Shown here: piece after piece, positions 38,120 to 50,019 of the stretch | Layout of the letters: the number at the start of each line of letters is the position of its first letter | How positions within the stretch are numbered: position 1 is the first letter of the stretch | Assembly: GCF_004010195.1 (NCBI RefSeq) | Contig: NC_057749.1 | Span: 23,011,886-23,075,885, forward strand | Length of the DNA stretch: 64,000 bases | Source of the DNA: Chiloscyllium plagiosum | Lineage: Eukaryota | Reading direction: 5' to 3' | Made by a program: the position numbers and the translations under genes | Notes under the pieces: generated by a model | Databases searched by the model: none | What the model saw: only the letters and a program-made list of their open reading frames with translations | What the model was told of the DNA's origin: nothing

Positions 38120-39140
38120 ACAGGCATGTGACCAGGGGAGTGCCACAAGGATCGGTGCTGGGCCCTCTACTTTTCATCATTTACATAAATGATTTGGATG
38201 CGAGCATAAGAGGTACAGTTAGTAAGTTTGCAGATGGAAGTGTAGTGGACAGCGAAGAGGGTTACCTCAGATTACAACAGGATCCGGACCAGATGGGCCA
38301 GTGGGCTGAGAAGTGGCAGATGGAGTTTAATTCAGATAAATGTCAGGTGCTGTATTTTGGGAAAGCAAATCTTAGCAGGACTTATACACTTAATGGTAAG
38401 GTCCTAGGGAGTGTTGCTGAACAAAGAGACCTTGGAGTGCAGGTTCAGAGCTCCTTGAAAGTGGAGTCGTAGGTAGATAGGATAGTGAAGGCGGCGTTTG
38501 GTATGCTTTCCTTTATTGGTCACAGTATTGAGTACGGGAGTTGGGAGGTCATGTTGCGGCTGTACAGGACATTGGTTAGGCCACTGCTGGAATATTGCAT
38601 GCAATTCTGGTCTCCTCCCTATCGGAAAGATGTTGTGAAACTTGAAGGGGTTCAGAAAAGATTCACAAGGATGTTGCCAGGGTTGGAGGATTTGAGCTAC
38701 AGGGAGAGGCTGAACAGGCTGGGGCTGTTTTCCCTGGAGCGTCGGAGGCTGAGGGGTGACCTCATAGAGGTTTACAAAATTATGAGGGGCATGGATAGGA
38801 TAAGTAGGCAAAGTCTTTTCCCTGGGGTGGGGGAGTCCAGAACTAGAGGGGCATTAGTTTAGGGTGAGAGGGGAAAGATATAAAAGAGACCTAAGGGGCA
38901 ACGTTTTGAAACAGAGGGTGGTACGTGTATGGAATGAGCTGCCAGAGGATGTGGTGGAGGCTGGTACAATTACAACATTTAAAAGGCATTTGGATGGGTG
39001 TATGAATAGGAAGGGTTTGGAGGGATATGGGCCAGGTGCTGGCAGGTGGGACTAGATTGGGTTGGGATATCTGGTCGGCATGGACAGGTTGGATCGAAGG
39101 GTCTTTTTCCATGCTGTACATCTCTATGACTCTATGACTC
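38120..39140 (+). mobile_element. Best-preserved CR1/HER1-type LINE fragment (RT to 3' tail), 5'-truncated and disabled
   Basis: GVPQGSVLGPLLFIIYINDLD..SKFADG, WAEKWQMEFN, YRTLVRPLLEYCMQFWSP; in-frame stop at 38470-38472, deletion after FAD, frameshift near 38850; (ctctatga)n tail. Confidence 0.95.
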
Positions 39141-39235
39141 CTTAGTCAGCACCTTCCAAACACACAATCACTTTGATCTCGAAGGACAAGGGGGTAGCAG
39201 ATACATGGGAACACCACTGCCTACAAATTCCCCTC

Positions 39236-39500
39236 TAAGGTGAGAGGAGAAAGATTTAAAAAGGACATGGGAGCACCTTTTTTTTAAAAAAAACACAGAG
39301 AGTGGTCCATATATGGAATGAATTTCCAGAAGAAGTGTCAGGTGTTAGTACAGTTACAATGTTTAAAAGACATTGGGATAAGTACATGAACAGGAAATGT
39401 TTGGAGGAATATGGGCCAAGCTCAGACAGGTGGGACAAGTTTGGATTGGGTTTATCATCAGCATGGACTGGTTGGGTCTGCTTCCATGCTGTATGACTCC
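39236..39500 (+). mobile_element. CR1 3' end fragment
   Basis: Same subfamily as 5575-5846 and 14830-15110. Confidence 0.85.
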
Positions 39501-40502
39501 AGCATCACAGAGTCACTCACCGTCCTGACATGGAAATATATCATCATTCCTTCAGTGTCGCTGGGTCAAAATCCTATAACTCCCTCCCGAACTACACTGT
39601 GGGTCTACTTGTAGCACATGGACTCCAGCAATTGAAGCAGGCAGCTCTTCACCTTCTCAGGGGTGGTTAGGGATGGGCAATAAATGTTGGCCCAGCCTAC
39701 AATGCTGATATGCCACAAAGGAAGAAAATTTGCTGCAGTTCACTACAGATGACTAGCTATTGGACATCGAAAAGGCTCTTACCTTTTATTTAAACTGTTC
39801 GTAAAGGTACTTGCTAATTGCATCCCTGAATCTTCCCGTCCCACATCATCTATTATTACCTACTTCTGTCATCATTTATATTGGACGAATGTCTCCTATG
39901 CTCTCTTAACCGACTCATTGGTTATTTGATTCATGATTCGTGATTGCAGTACATCTCTATGACTCTACTACTCAGAACCCTCAATCCTCGGCTGAGTTTA
40001 GAATTACTGTACGTTTCACACAATTTTTTTTATTTCAGATTCTTAGAAAGATGGAATAGAGTCAAAGTTTTTACAGCACAGAAAAGGCCATTTGGCCATT
40101 GTACATGGCTCCAACAAAAACAACCCCAGCCTATCTAGTCTCTCTTCATAGTTGAACCATTTCAGCTTAGGGGACTTCCTGAAGAATCTCCTTCCCACCA
40201 TTCATCCTCTAGCTGTAGGGCACTGTACACAGTACTCTAGCAATGGCTGAACTAACATTAAATGCAGTTCTGCCATAATTTTCTTGCTCTTGTATTTTGC
40301 CCAGTGAAGCAGAGAAGATGATTTTTTTTCAAAGGACGCCCAGAATAAAAGCCATGGGTTAGGAATATAGGAACATAAGTAGACCATTCAGACCCTCAAG
40401 CCTGCTCTGCCTGTCAATGAGATCATGGCTGATCTGTGGCCTAACTCCATATACCTGCCTTTGTTCCATATCCATTAATACCCTTACTTAATGAAAATGT
40501 AT

Positions 40503-41412
40503 TGTTATGGACCAGACCAGACCACATCAAAGTATTTTAAGAAGGTAGCCTAGATCCTAACATTTTCTTATTTTAAAGGCAAAATAAAGTGCTGTGTTCC
40601 AGGTGCAATTCGATTGGCCAAACAAGACTTCAAGCAAAACATAACTTATTCAAACACTATATTTAAAACGCAACAAAAATAAAAGAAGAACTTAGAATAA
40701 TTTAAATCTATGGAAAAACTGAACAGAATAGATATAGTAACTGTTAACTGTTCCAATGTAGTAGCATCCCATAAACACACCCTTTGGCGAAAAGACAAAT
40801 TCAGAGAACAAATTTTGTCTTACATGCAAACAGCAGCCTAATAAGAGAACTGCCAGCCTCTAACCATAACCAAAAGAGGCAAAAAATAGCTTCCACTTCA
40901 AGACCACAATAAGCAACTACTGAAAGCTAAACTAAAAATCCTGGCTCCATGGGAGGTTGACCACACCCACTCAGGCTGCTTCTACTATTCCAATTTTGTT
41001 TTAAAAACCCAGGGCCCCTCAAATTATCATAGACTGCTTTCCACCTGTCCCCAACCCCTCTCTCAAAGAAACCAAGACAAAACATCCCTCTTAAAGTCAC
41101 AAGCAACACCATTTTATAGTCCAATAGGTTTATATTGAATCACTAGCTTTCAAGGGCTGCTTCTTCATCAGGTGATTGCTTTGAAAGTTAGTGCTTCCAA
41201 ATAAATCTGTTGGACCATTACCTGGTGTTGAGTGATTTTTAACTTTGTCCACCTCAGTCCAACATTCCTGAAAAAGGGCTTATGCCCGAAACGTCGATTC
41301 TCCTGTTCTTTTGATGCTGCCTGACCTGCTGCGCTTTTCCAACAACACATTTTTAAGCCGATCTCAGTCCAACACTGGCTCCTCCAAATCTTAAGGTCAC
41401 AGTATCGTCACA
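40503..41412. mobile_element. Solo LTR (probably Gypsy-type) with nested insertions
   Basis: Begins TGT, ends ACA, perfect 4-bp TSD GTAT (40499-40502 / 41413-41416); second copy at 17516-18128. Confidence 0.85.
41102..41388. mobile_element. Palindromic PLE family B mini-element (hammerhead remnant 41141-41174, minus) containing a family A piece (41265-41362)
   Basis: TSD tcttaa(a/g)gtcaca (41089-41101 / 41389-41401); inner TSD ctcagtccaaca (41253-41264 / 41363-41374). Confidence 0.85.
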
Positions 41413-42589
41413 GTATCTATCCCAGATTTGAAATAAATAACTGATTCAGCCACTGCCATTTGTGAAAGAGTGTTCCAAACCCCTCCCAACCTCTAAGTGT
41501 ACAAGTGACTCCGAACATCCCTCCTGAATGATCTGGCCCTAATTCTGAGACTATGCCCCCACAGTTCTTGAATCCCCAACCAGTGGAAATAGTTTATCTT
41601 TATCTACCCTGTCTTTATCTGTTAATATCTTGAAGGCTTTGATCAGATCACCCTTTAGCCTTGTAATTTCTATAGAAAGCAGGCCTAATTTGTATAATAT
41701 CTCCTCTAACACCCAAAGTCCAGATATCACCTCTAAACCCACATTGTACTCCCTCCAAGGCCAACATAAGGTGTGGTCTGCTCACAATATTCCAAGTTGG
41801 ATCTAAATCAGGTGCTGCTGGTTGCCATCGATGTACCAATAAAGCAGTTGTGGGAAGGGACCAATCAGGGTCTAATCAGGGTTACTGTCTATTCACTGAT
41901 ATAATCAGTTCCTCTAATGCCAAGTCTGGTAGTCTAATATGTGAGTTCAACTAGAGTGTACATTTTATATACTTTCATGTTTTGCATGCTTTACCTAAGT
42001 TTTATTATTTGTCATTTCCCCCTCAGATTTTGGATCATCATCATGGCAATGTTCTTAACATGTAAACCTTAAATCAGGATAATGTTCCCGTCACACCTTT
42101 AAATGCGATGAACATCTGATTTCTTTTGAATTATGAAGGACAATATTTCTGTCAATGGAGATCATCTCATGGTCTGTGGCTCCATTCGAAATCCTCATCA
42201 TCTATTGACATTTTTGATTTTCCTTCCTTTGTCTATCCTCCAATGAAAAGGTCTTGAAGGAGCTCTCAGGACGACTTGAGGTTTACACATTTGAGTGCAG
42301 TCATTGCCGTAATGGTGGGCAACAACAGCAGCCATTTTCACACAGCAAGATTCCACAAACAGCAAACGATACCATGCACATGTCTTTTTATCATTTATTG
42401 GTTAAAGGACAAAGGTTGGCGAGAATCTTGTTTCAATTCATTCATGAGGTGTGGATGCTGAAGGCTAGATTAACATTTATTTATTTTCTAAACATCCTTT
42501 TCAGAGATGCTCTGATACATCTCTGGAGTAGGTGGAATTCAAACCAGGTCTCCAGGTCCAGAAGTAGTGACACTACCATTGCAGCACAA

Positions 42590-42890
42590 TAAGCCCAGGT
42601 CAACATGTACTGCAAAAACCCTACTTCCTTAGAGGGCAGTTAAGAGTCAAATATACCGTTGTGGGTTTAGAGTCACATATAGGCCAGACCAGGTAAAGAC
42701 AACAGGTTTCCTTCCCTTCATAAGGAGCCAGTTGGATTTTTAACAATAACCATTGGACAAACTTGGGACTTCTTGTTTTCACTGAATTCAAACTTTAACC
42801 ATCTGCCATGGTAGTATTCAAACGCATGCCTCCTGAACATTGGCCTGGGGTGGTCCTGGAATGCTAATCCTGTGACATCACCACTGCCTC
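42590..42890 (-). mobile_element. tRNA-headed SINE (family X)
   Basis: Reverse complement of the family X head and body. Confidence 0.7.
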
Positions 42891-43089
42891 TCTTTAGCAA
42901 CCTTGATTTCCTTCAAAGATCTACCTCAGAGAAAAGAAGGGCTTTGGTTCAATGGTTGCTTTTTGGGTTAATCAGTTGGATTCAACATTTCCACACTATA
43001 TCACTAAAGCATCAGCCTGGATTTTGTGCTTCAACCTTGGTGTACTTTGAAATTGAAAAGGAAGCGTTTTTATTGTGACAATACCTCGC

Positions 43090-43605
43090 TGAAGCACTTT
43101 TGAAATACTGCATTCAATTGTGGTCTCCCTGCTACAGGAAAGATGTTGTTAAACTTGACAGATTTACAAGGAATATCGCCAGGGTTGGAGGGTTTGAGTT
43201 ATAGGGAAAAGCTGAATAGGCTGGAGCTATTTTCCCTGTAGCAGAGGCTGAGGGGTTATATTATAATTTATGAATTGTAAAATCATGAGGGGCATTGATA
43301 AAGTGAATAGTCAAGGTATTTTTTTTCCCAGGGTAGGGGAGTCCAAAACTAGAGGGCATAGGTTTAAGGCGAGAGGGGGAAGATTTAAAGGGATCTAAGG
43401 GGCAACTTTATCGTGCAGAATGAGCTGCCAGAGGAAGTGGTGGAGGCTGGTACAATTGCAACATTTAAAAGGCATAGGGATGGGTATATGAATAGGAAGG
43501 GTTTAAGAGGGATATGGGCCAAATGCTGGCAGATCAGGTTAAGATATCACGTTGTCACAGACAAGTTGGACCGAAGGGTCTGTTTCTGTGCTGTATAACT
43601 CTGTG
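43090..43605 (+). mobile_element. CR1/HER1-type LINE 3' fragment
   Basis: NELPEEVVEAGTIATFKRH and typical tail. Confidence 0.88.
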
Positions 43606-44780
43606 AATGCTAATGTAGTTAAGCAATCACTTTTCTGTCCAGCCAGGTTGTAGCAAGAGACTAAACATTTGGTCCCTACAGTATGTTTAAAAGATGTAAA
43701 ACCTATCAGACAGATCGACCTGCAGTTCTGCCTTAAACAGAAGCCAAAGGTCAGCATTGACTGGCAAAGTATAGGACAACTTATCCTCGGAAGGGGAAGG
43801 TACAAATAATCATTACTCCCCATGCATTATACCAGCCTCCAATCTTGGAATCTAAATTTACAAGCTTTTTTTGATTGGTTTAAAATTACTACAGAAAGTG
43901 TTGCTGTCTTCCTTTCTATCCATTTAATTCTGGGATGATATTACTGTTCCCTGGTGGATTATCCTGGAATAATCTTTAAAAGGAAACAACGTGGTATAAA
44001 ATGACTTTTAAGCATTCCAGTTCGGCCTGTAAACTGCTCACCATTGTTAATCTCACCATTTCCTTTTTGTCATAAAACCTATTTCTTATACAGTCCTTTC
44101 ATATTCAGGGTATTCACAAAATATACTCTTGTTCAATTCAAATCGAGACATCTTTATGCTACACCGAAGGAAGCATCTGGGGAAACCAGTAAATGAACAA
44201 AATCACTTAGGTAATTTTTTTTTGCTAAAATTAGCACTGCTGCCTGTGGGTCCCATCAATTTTCATGAAACACGCACTGACAAGTGTTGCAAACTTTGGG
44301 CTCCTATCACATTGTCTAAATTTCTTGCTAGCAAAGGATGCATTCCTGCCTGGACTGCTTCATTAACATGAAGGATGGGAGTCATCGAGAACTGAACTGT
44401 GCTTCATAGTAAAGGCAGAAGCTGTGCCAAGTGCCTTTGGCACAAGTACCCATCAAGCGACTGTTAGCCAACATGTTACCCAATTGGTATCCTCTTTCAA
44501 ATCCTCCATACCAACCAGAGTCTAGGTCCAGCTACAACATTGATACGCAACAGCCCTGGTCTCTTAAATCAAATTTATTCGGTAAAAGTATCCACAAATG
44601 TGTTACTATTGAGATACATAAAGTTGTATTTGGGACATGCTGGGAAAGCACTGACTATGTTTGCTCCCCTTGAGAAAAATGAGATCAGCTGGTGTATTGC
44701 TGCAATCTATTAATGATGGAGCTTCCACAGCACTGTTAGGCAGGGGTGATTGACGGAGTGACAACGAGTTCCTAAATCAG

Positions 44781-46063
44781 TTTTATTTGTTAAATGGTGC
44801 TATGCAAATGAAAATTGCTGTTATCAATGGCTTAGTGAAATGATATTTCCATAAGATAAAGGAATATAGACAAAGATGCTTGAGCAGAATATATTTGCAA
44901 CCTTTGTGGCGGTATTTCAGTGACAGAAACCTGCAATTTGAACCTGGGAGAGATCTATAAAAAAATATCAGAGCGTGTTGATGTCTGTTGCACAGTTTAT
45001 AGGTCTCTGCATCGGGTTGTGCAACACAAAATTACAAACTCATTCTTTCCAGATTTTGCACACCTGCTCTGAGACTTTCTGATTGCGGTGTCAACTAAAG
45101 GTAAGGATAGCTGGAAATAATCCAAAGCATTTTGATTATGAAAGAGTGCAAGGTTATCTTTCAGTGTATTTGAACAAGTCAATGCGTGGGGCCACTTTTA
45201 CCCCTCATGGTCAAGTTTTTCTATCTGTTCATTCATCCTGTCATAATGCATTTCTGCTCCATTCTTCATCTCTCTTCTTCAATATGTTAGATTCTTCATT
45301 TATGTTTGGGATTCTAGCCAGCCTGAAGATCACTGGATTATCTTGTGTGTTTATGAATGCGCACAGAGAGTCCCTTGAATGGCTGTTATCATTGAGTAAG
45401 GTCTGCCAGGTGTGCCAAAAGCCAAATAATAGGGGGGAGGTAGGGTGATGGTTTTATGTTAAGGGCGGGCCAACTGTATGAGAGGGAGGCAATGGTCTGG
45501 TGGTATCATCACTGGGCTATTAATCCAGAGACCCAGGTAATGTTCTGGTGACTCGTGTTCAAATCCTTCCAAACATTGTGAGCTGTGGTTTGTGATTTTA
45601 AAAATAGTGCATTTTTGATAGGCTTTTTGGCGCAGTGCTAGTGTCCCTACTTCTATACCAGGAATCCTGGTTTAAGTCCCACACACCCATAGGTGTACAA
45701 TACCATCACTGGACAAGTTGGTTACAAAATATAAAAAGAAATCAGGTGGAAATTGGACCTATAATGTAGATGGGGAACAAGTCATCAGCGTGCAGGAGTT
45801 TCATGGTGTGAAAGTTTAAACAAGATTCTGATGACAAAGGATGTTCTTGAATTCTGTCTGACCAACATTTAAAGTTTAGTGATTAATGATGACACTTTAT
45901 CTATTATATTGCAACACTTTACAAAGATCAGTGAGATATGTGTACAAGATGGTGATGGAACAAGATAAGGAAATGACCTTAAGTGAATTCTCTAGAAATA
46001 TCACTTCACTAAGCCAATGATAGCAGCACTTTCCATTTGTGTAGCACCACTAAATGAATAAAA
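44781..46063. repeat. Inverted repeat pair with about 70-bp arms (44781-44850 and 45994-46063)
   Basis: Manual alignment of the left arm's reverse complement to the right arm gives about 58/70 identities with no gaps. Confidence 0.85.
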
Positions 46064-46457
46064 ACAACTTGAGAATTATTTGTAAAGTGTTGAAATATAA
46101 TAGATAAAGTGTACGCGATGTCATCATTAATCGCTAAAGTTTAAATGCTGGTCTAAGCACATCCTTTGTTATTAGAGTTTTGTTTAAACTTACACACCAC
46201 AAAACTCCTACACACTGATTACATGTTCCCCATCACTCGATCAACAGCCCCTACCTAACAGTATTGAGAGAGCTCCATCATTAGGAGGTTGCAGCAATAC
46301 AGACATGATCACATCTTTCCTCAAGGGGAACTGGCATAGTTAATGCTTTGCCAATATGATCCAAATAAGATTTGATGTCATAATGCGATCACTTTTATGA
46401 ATATACTTATGACTTCTTGTTTGTATACACTGAACAACTTGACTCTCTTTAATCAAA

Positions 46458-46546
46458 GTTAAAAATCTCACAACACCAAGTTATCATCCAACAGGTTTAT
46501 TTCAAAGTACAAGCTTTCAGAGTGCTGCTCCTTCGTCAGGTAACTA
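46458..46546 (-). mobile_element. PLE family B terminus with hammerhead motif (46508-46542)
   Basis: tac-CTGACGA-a-ggagc-agc-actct-GAAA-GC-TT-gta; stem I tac/gta instead of cac/gtg. Confidence 0.72.
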
Positions 46547-46786
46547 TTAGAACTGTCACAGTACGGGAGGCGGCCGTTCAGCCCATAAGCAACTGCAACA
46601 GCTTTATTCTGTAGTGCCAATCTTCTGGCTTTTCCCCCAAGATCCCTGCACACCACATTTCTAGCCAAATAATCATCCAATGCTCTCTTGAATGCCTCAA
46701 TTTCCAGGCAGTATGTTCTAGACCCTAACTACATTCCAGGTGAAAAGCTTTACATCACATCACCCTTGTTTTCTCTGTATTTTAAA

Positions 46787-47145
46787 ATTAGAATTAGAAT
46801 CATTAAGGTGTGGAAACAGACCCTTCAGCCCAACAAGTCCACACTGACCCTCCGAAGAGTAACCCATCCAGACCCATTTCCCCAATTCTTTTACTCTACA
46901 TTAACCCCTGACTAATGCACCTAGCCTACGCATCCCTAGACACTATGGGCAATTTAACATGGCCTATTCACCTGACCTGCACACCTTTGTGACTGTGGGA
47001 GGAAACCGGAACACCCGGAGGAAACCCACGCAGACACGAGGAGAATGTGCAAACTCCACACAGACAGTCGCCCGAGGCTGGAATTGAACCCAGCTCCCTG
47101 GCACCTCAAGACAGCAGTGCTAACCACTGAGCCACCGTGCCACCC
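46787..47145 (-). mobile_element. HE1-like V-SINE
   Basis: Full-length head, V-domain and tail. Confidence 0.92.
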
Positions 47146-47257
47146 AGTCATGGGCTTTCTATGTGTCTATGTCCTCTCATTTTACAAGTGGAAGCGGTTT
47201 CTTCCTGGATCTATCAAATCTCTCAGCCTTCTTCGTTCCAAGGAGGAATCTCACCTT

Positions 47258-47750
47258 AGAGTCACACAGCATGAAAAAAGACCCTTCAGTGCAACCAGTC
47301 CATGCTGAACATAATCCCAAACTAAACGAGTCTCAAATGCCTGCTCCTGGCCCACGTCCCTCCAAGCCTTTCATATTCATGTACTTATCCAAACGTCTTA
47401 TAAATGTTGCAATTGTACACACATCCACCACTTCCTCAGGAAATGCATTCCACACGTGCACCACCCTCGGTGTAAAAATCTGCCCATGTCTTTTTTAAAA
47501 TCTTTTGTCTCTCACCCTAAAAATGTGCCCCCTACTTTTGAAATCCCCAATCCTAGGGAAGAGACAACTACCACTAACTATCTTTACCCTTCAGTATTTT
47601 ATACACTTTGACAAACTAATAATCTTCTTCAAACTATCCACATAACTGAAGGTTCTCATTCCTCGAGCCATTCTTGTAAATCCTATCTGCACTCTGTCCA
47701 ATGATTTCACATTTTTCCTATGATGTGGCACCCACGTTATCTATCCTGAA
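47258..47750 (-). mobile_element. CR1 3' fragment
   Basis: Reverse complement of the 14830-15110 type tail and ORF2 end. Confidence 0.8.
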
Positions 47751-48049
47751 GGTAGAAGCATGGCACGACGTGTCGAAATGCTGGTGTGTGTGACCATGTA
47801 TCAAAGATTGAGCAGATGGAAAGGTGAGGGAGGCAATGTATGAGTATTTGGATAGACATGGTGTGCACATTATGGGAAACAGGCAGAAGATTGGCACTAG
47901 TAAGCGAACTGCCGCAGTATGATGGGATGACTGGCCTCCTCTGAGCCATTCCAATTCTATGAATGAAAAGTTGTTCAGTGCATAAGAGCAAGTCAGAGTT
48001 ATTCATAACAAGAGTCACTAAATGTGATATCATTGTAACATGTGGTCTT

Positions 48050-48392
48050 ATCATAGAATCCCTTAGTGTGGAAACAGTCAACAGTCAACCCAACAAGTCC
48101 ACACCAACCCTCCAAATAGTATCACACTCAGACCCATTCCCTTACCCGACTACTCTACATTTACCCCTGACTAATGCACCTAACCGACACATCCCTGAAC
48201 ACTATGGGCAATTTAGCATGGCCAATTCACCCGAACCTACACATCTTTGGACCGTGGGAGGAAACCGGAGTAAACCCACGCAGACACGGGGAGAATGTAC
48301 AAACTCCAGACAGACAGTCACCCGAGGCTAGAACTGAACCCAGGTCCGTGGCGCTGTCAGACAGCAATGTTAACCACTGAGCCACTGTGCCA
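48050..48392 (-). mobile_element. HE1-like V-SINE
   Basis: Head, V-domain and tail. Confidence 0.9.
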
Positions 48393-48447
48393 CAAATGCA
48401 CACACTGCAAGTGTGAATCCATAACTTTCAAATTGCAGCCACAGACC

Positions 48448-48522
48448 TGGCCAGTATGGGGACTGGACCCACGTCCGTGGCATTAATAGCACCACACCTG
48501 TAACCATCTGAGCTAACCGAAT
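48448..48522 (-). pseudogene. tRNA-Ile(AAT)-like pseudogene or SINE head
   Basis: Reverse complement cggttagctcagatggttacaggtgtggtgctattaatgccacggacgtgggtccagtccccatactggcca parallels vertebrate tRNA-Ile(AAT); anticodon and T-loop mutated. Confidence 0.65.
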
Positions 48523-48896
48523 TTCTCGTACCGGATTGGGGTGGATATGTTTCCGGCAGAGCTGAGATGCAAATTCGGCAATCTGAACACAAACATTAGA
48601 GTTACCAGCTGAAGTCAGGAAGCTTGATGGACATTTGTTTTATTTACCCAGGAATGACATCTTGACACAAAAACAGAAATTGCTGGAGAAATTCGGCAGG
48701 TCTGGTAGCATCTGAGGAAAGAAAGCAGAGTTAACATTTTTAAGTCCAGTGACCATGCTTCAGAGTTGATAGTAGCTAGGAAACTGTGGCATATATCCTG
48801 AAGACAGGGGCTTGTTGAGGGGATAAGGCAAGTGAGCAGATGGGCAGAGATGGAGCCCAGACAGAGGGAATGACAGTTTGGGAGACAAAGGGATGT

Positions 48897-49182
48897 TATA
48901 GAATCCCCACAGTGTGGAAACAGGGCATTAGGCCCAACAAGTCCACACTAACCCTTTGAAGAGTTACCCACCCAGAACCATTCCTCTACATTTCCCCTAA
49001 CCTACACATCCCTAATACTATGGGCAATTTAACACAACCAACTCACCTAAACTGCACGTCTTTGGAGGAAACCCATGCAGGCACAGGCAGAACGTGCAAA
49101 TTCCACACAGTCACTAGAGGCTGGAATTGAACCCAGGTCCCTGGCGCTGAGAGGCAGCAGTGTTAACCACTGAGCCACTGTG
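48897..49182 (-). mobile_element. HE1-like V-SINE inserted in a PLE family C fragment
   Basis: V-domain partly deleted; flanks resemble 52200-52460. Confidence 0.85.
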
Positions 49183-49598
49183 GATGTAGGTGAGCCAGGG
49201 AAGCTGAAAATGGGGACCATAAGGATGTGTAAATGGGTTGGCTATATAATATCCTGATGCCTTGAGGCTGGTACAGTTACATTTAAAAGGCATCTGGATG
49301 GGTATATGAATAGGAAGGGGTTAGAGGGACTTGGGCCAGGTCCTGGCAAATGGGACTAGACTAATTTAGTATTTCTGGTCAGCATGGACGAGTTGGACCG
49401 AGGGGTCTGTTCCTGTGCTGTACAACACTATGTATAAACAGTTCTACCTGAAATCAGCGCTTACAACTCCTTCTGTTACACTCCTTGCCAGTACCACAGG
49501 TAAAATCATACTCAATACTTTATTTTGGCTAGCTTTACACTTGGTTTAAAAAAAAGAGCATTCCATTCACTTCAAACTTCCTATTTAATCGCAGCCTT

Positions 49599-49612
49599 GT
49601 TCCTATGGCAAC
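49599..49612. promoter_or_regulatory. RFX X-box motif (candidate)
   Basis: GTTCCTATGGCAAC fits the near-palindromic X-box GTTNCYATRGNAAC; lies in unique sequence. Confidence 0.4.
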
Positions 49613-50019
49613 TTCATTAGGCACAAAGGCAGCAAAAGCCCTTGGCAGTCTGGTCAGTGACAGCATTGCTAACCATCCCCAGCCACACAACCAACTCATT
49701 CACCTCAGCAGCAAACTGGGAGAAGAGGGGGGGGGGGGGGGGGGCGCTTTCACATCATTAATGGCACAGGTTTGCAGATTGTGCTGCCTCACTGTCACAT
49801 TCAGTGGAACAGGGACTTCATGGAAAGGGTTTGTTGATCATAATCTTCTAAGCACTTTTTTTTTCTGGGGAGGGGTGTGGGGACGGGGGAGAAAGAAAGA
49901 GAAAAAGCAGAGCTGGCAAACAAAATGATCAAAAGACAACATCAACACAACCTCTGCTGTTGTCCAACTGGTTGAATAGAGCTAATTTTGTGATTGGCCA
50001 AAATCACATGAATCAATGA

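Larger units (their letters stand above)
34241..39725 (+). mobile_element. Fragmented LINE (CR1-group, clade uncertain) with tRNA-like 5' end
   Basis: Collinear pieces: head/body 34241-34520; endonuclease-like 34590-35250 (KLSHRLVKQQPDILIF, WLQVKYRQGNL, VLWVGDFSVH); linker 35902-36350 (RVVWHY..AKWD, WFKRECRR); RT 37260-37890 (VLGSTIFSYFINDLP..VGMFADDC, WADKWQV); 3' end 39140-39235 and 39510-39725. Several younger insertions; part of the RT is missing. Confidence 0.75.
40365..41800 (-). mobile_element. CR1-type 3' fragment interrupted by an LTR
   Basis: ORF 41551-41742 RLKGDLIKAFKIL..LFPLVGDSRT; tail at about 40365; continuous once 40503-41416 is removed. Confidence 0.8.

Noticed and set aside
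38101..39055. Intact reverse transcriptase gene
   Set aside because: 5'-truncated, with a deletion at the FADD motif, a stop codon and a frameshift.
44802..44809. Octamer ATGCAAAT as an enhancer site
   Set aside because: Lies in an inverted-repeat arm with repeat-tail similarity and is not preserved in the other arm.
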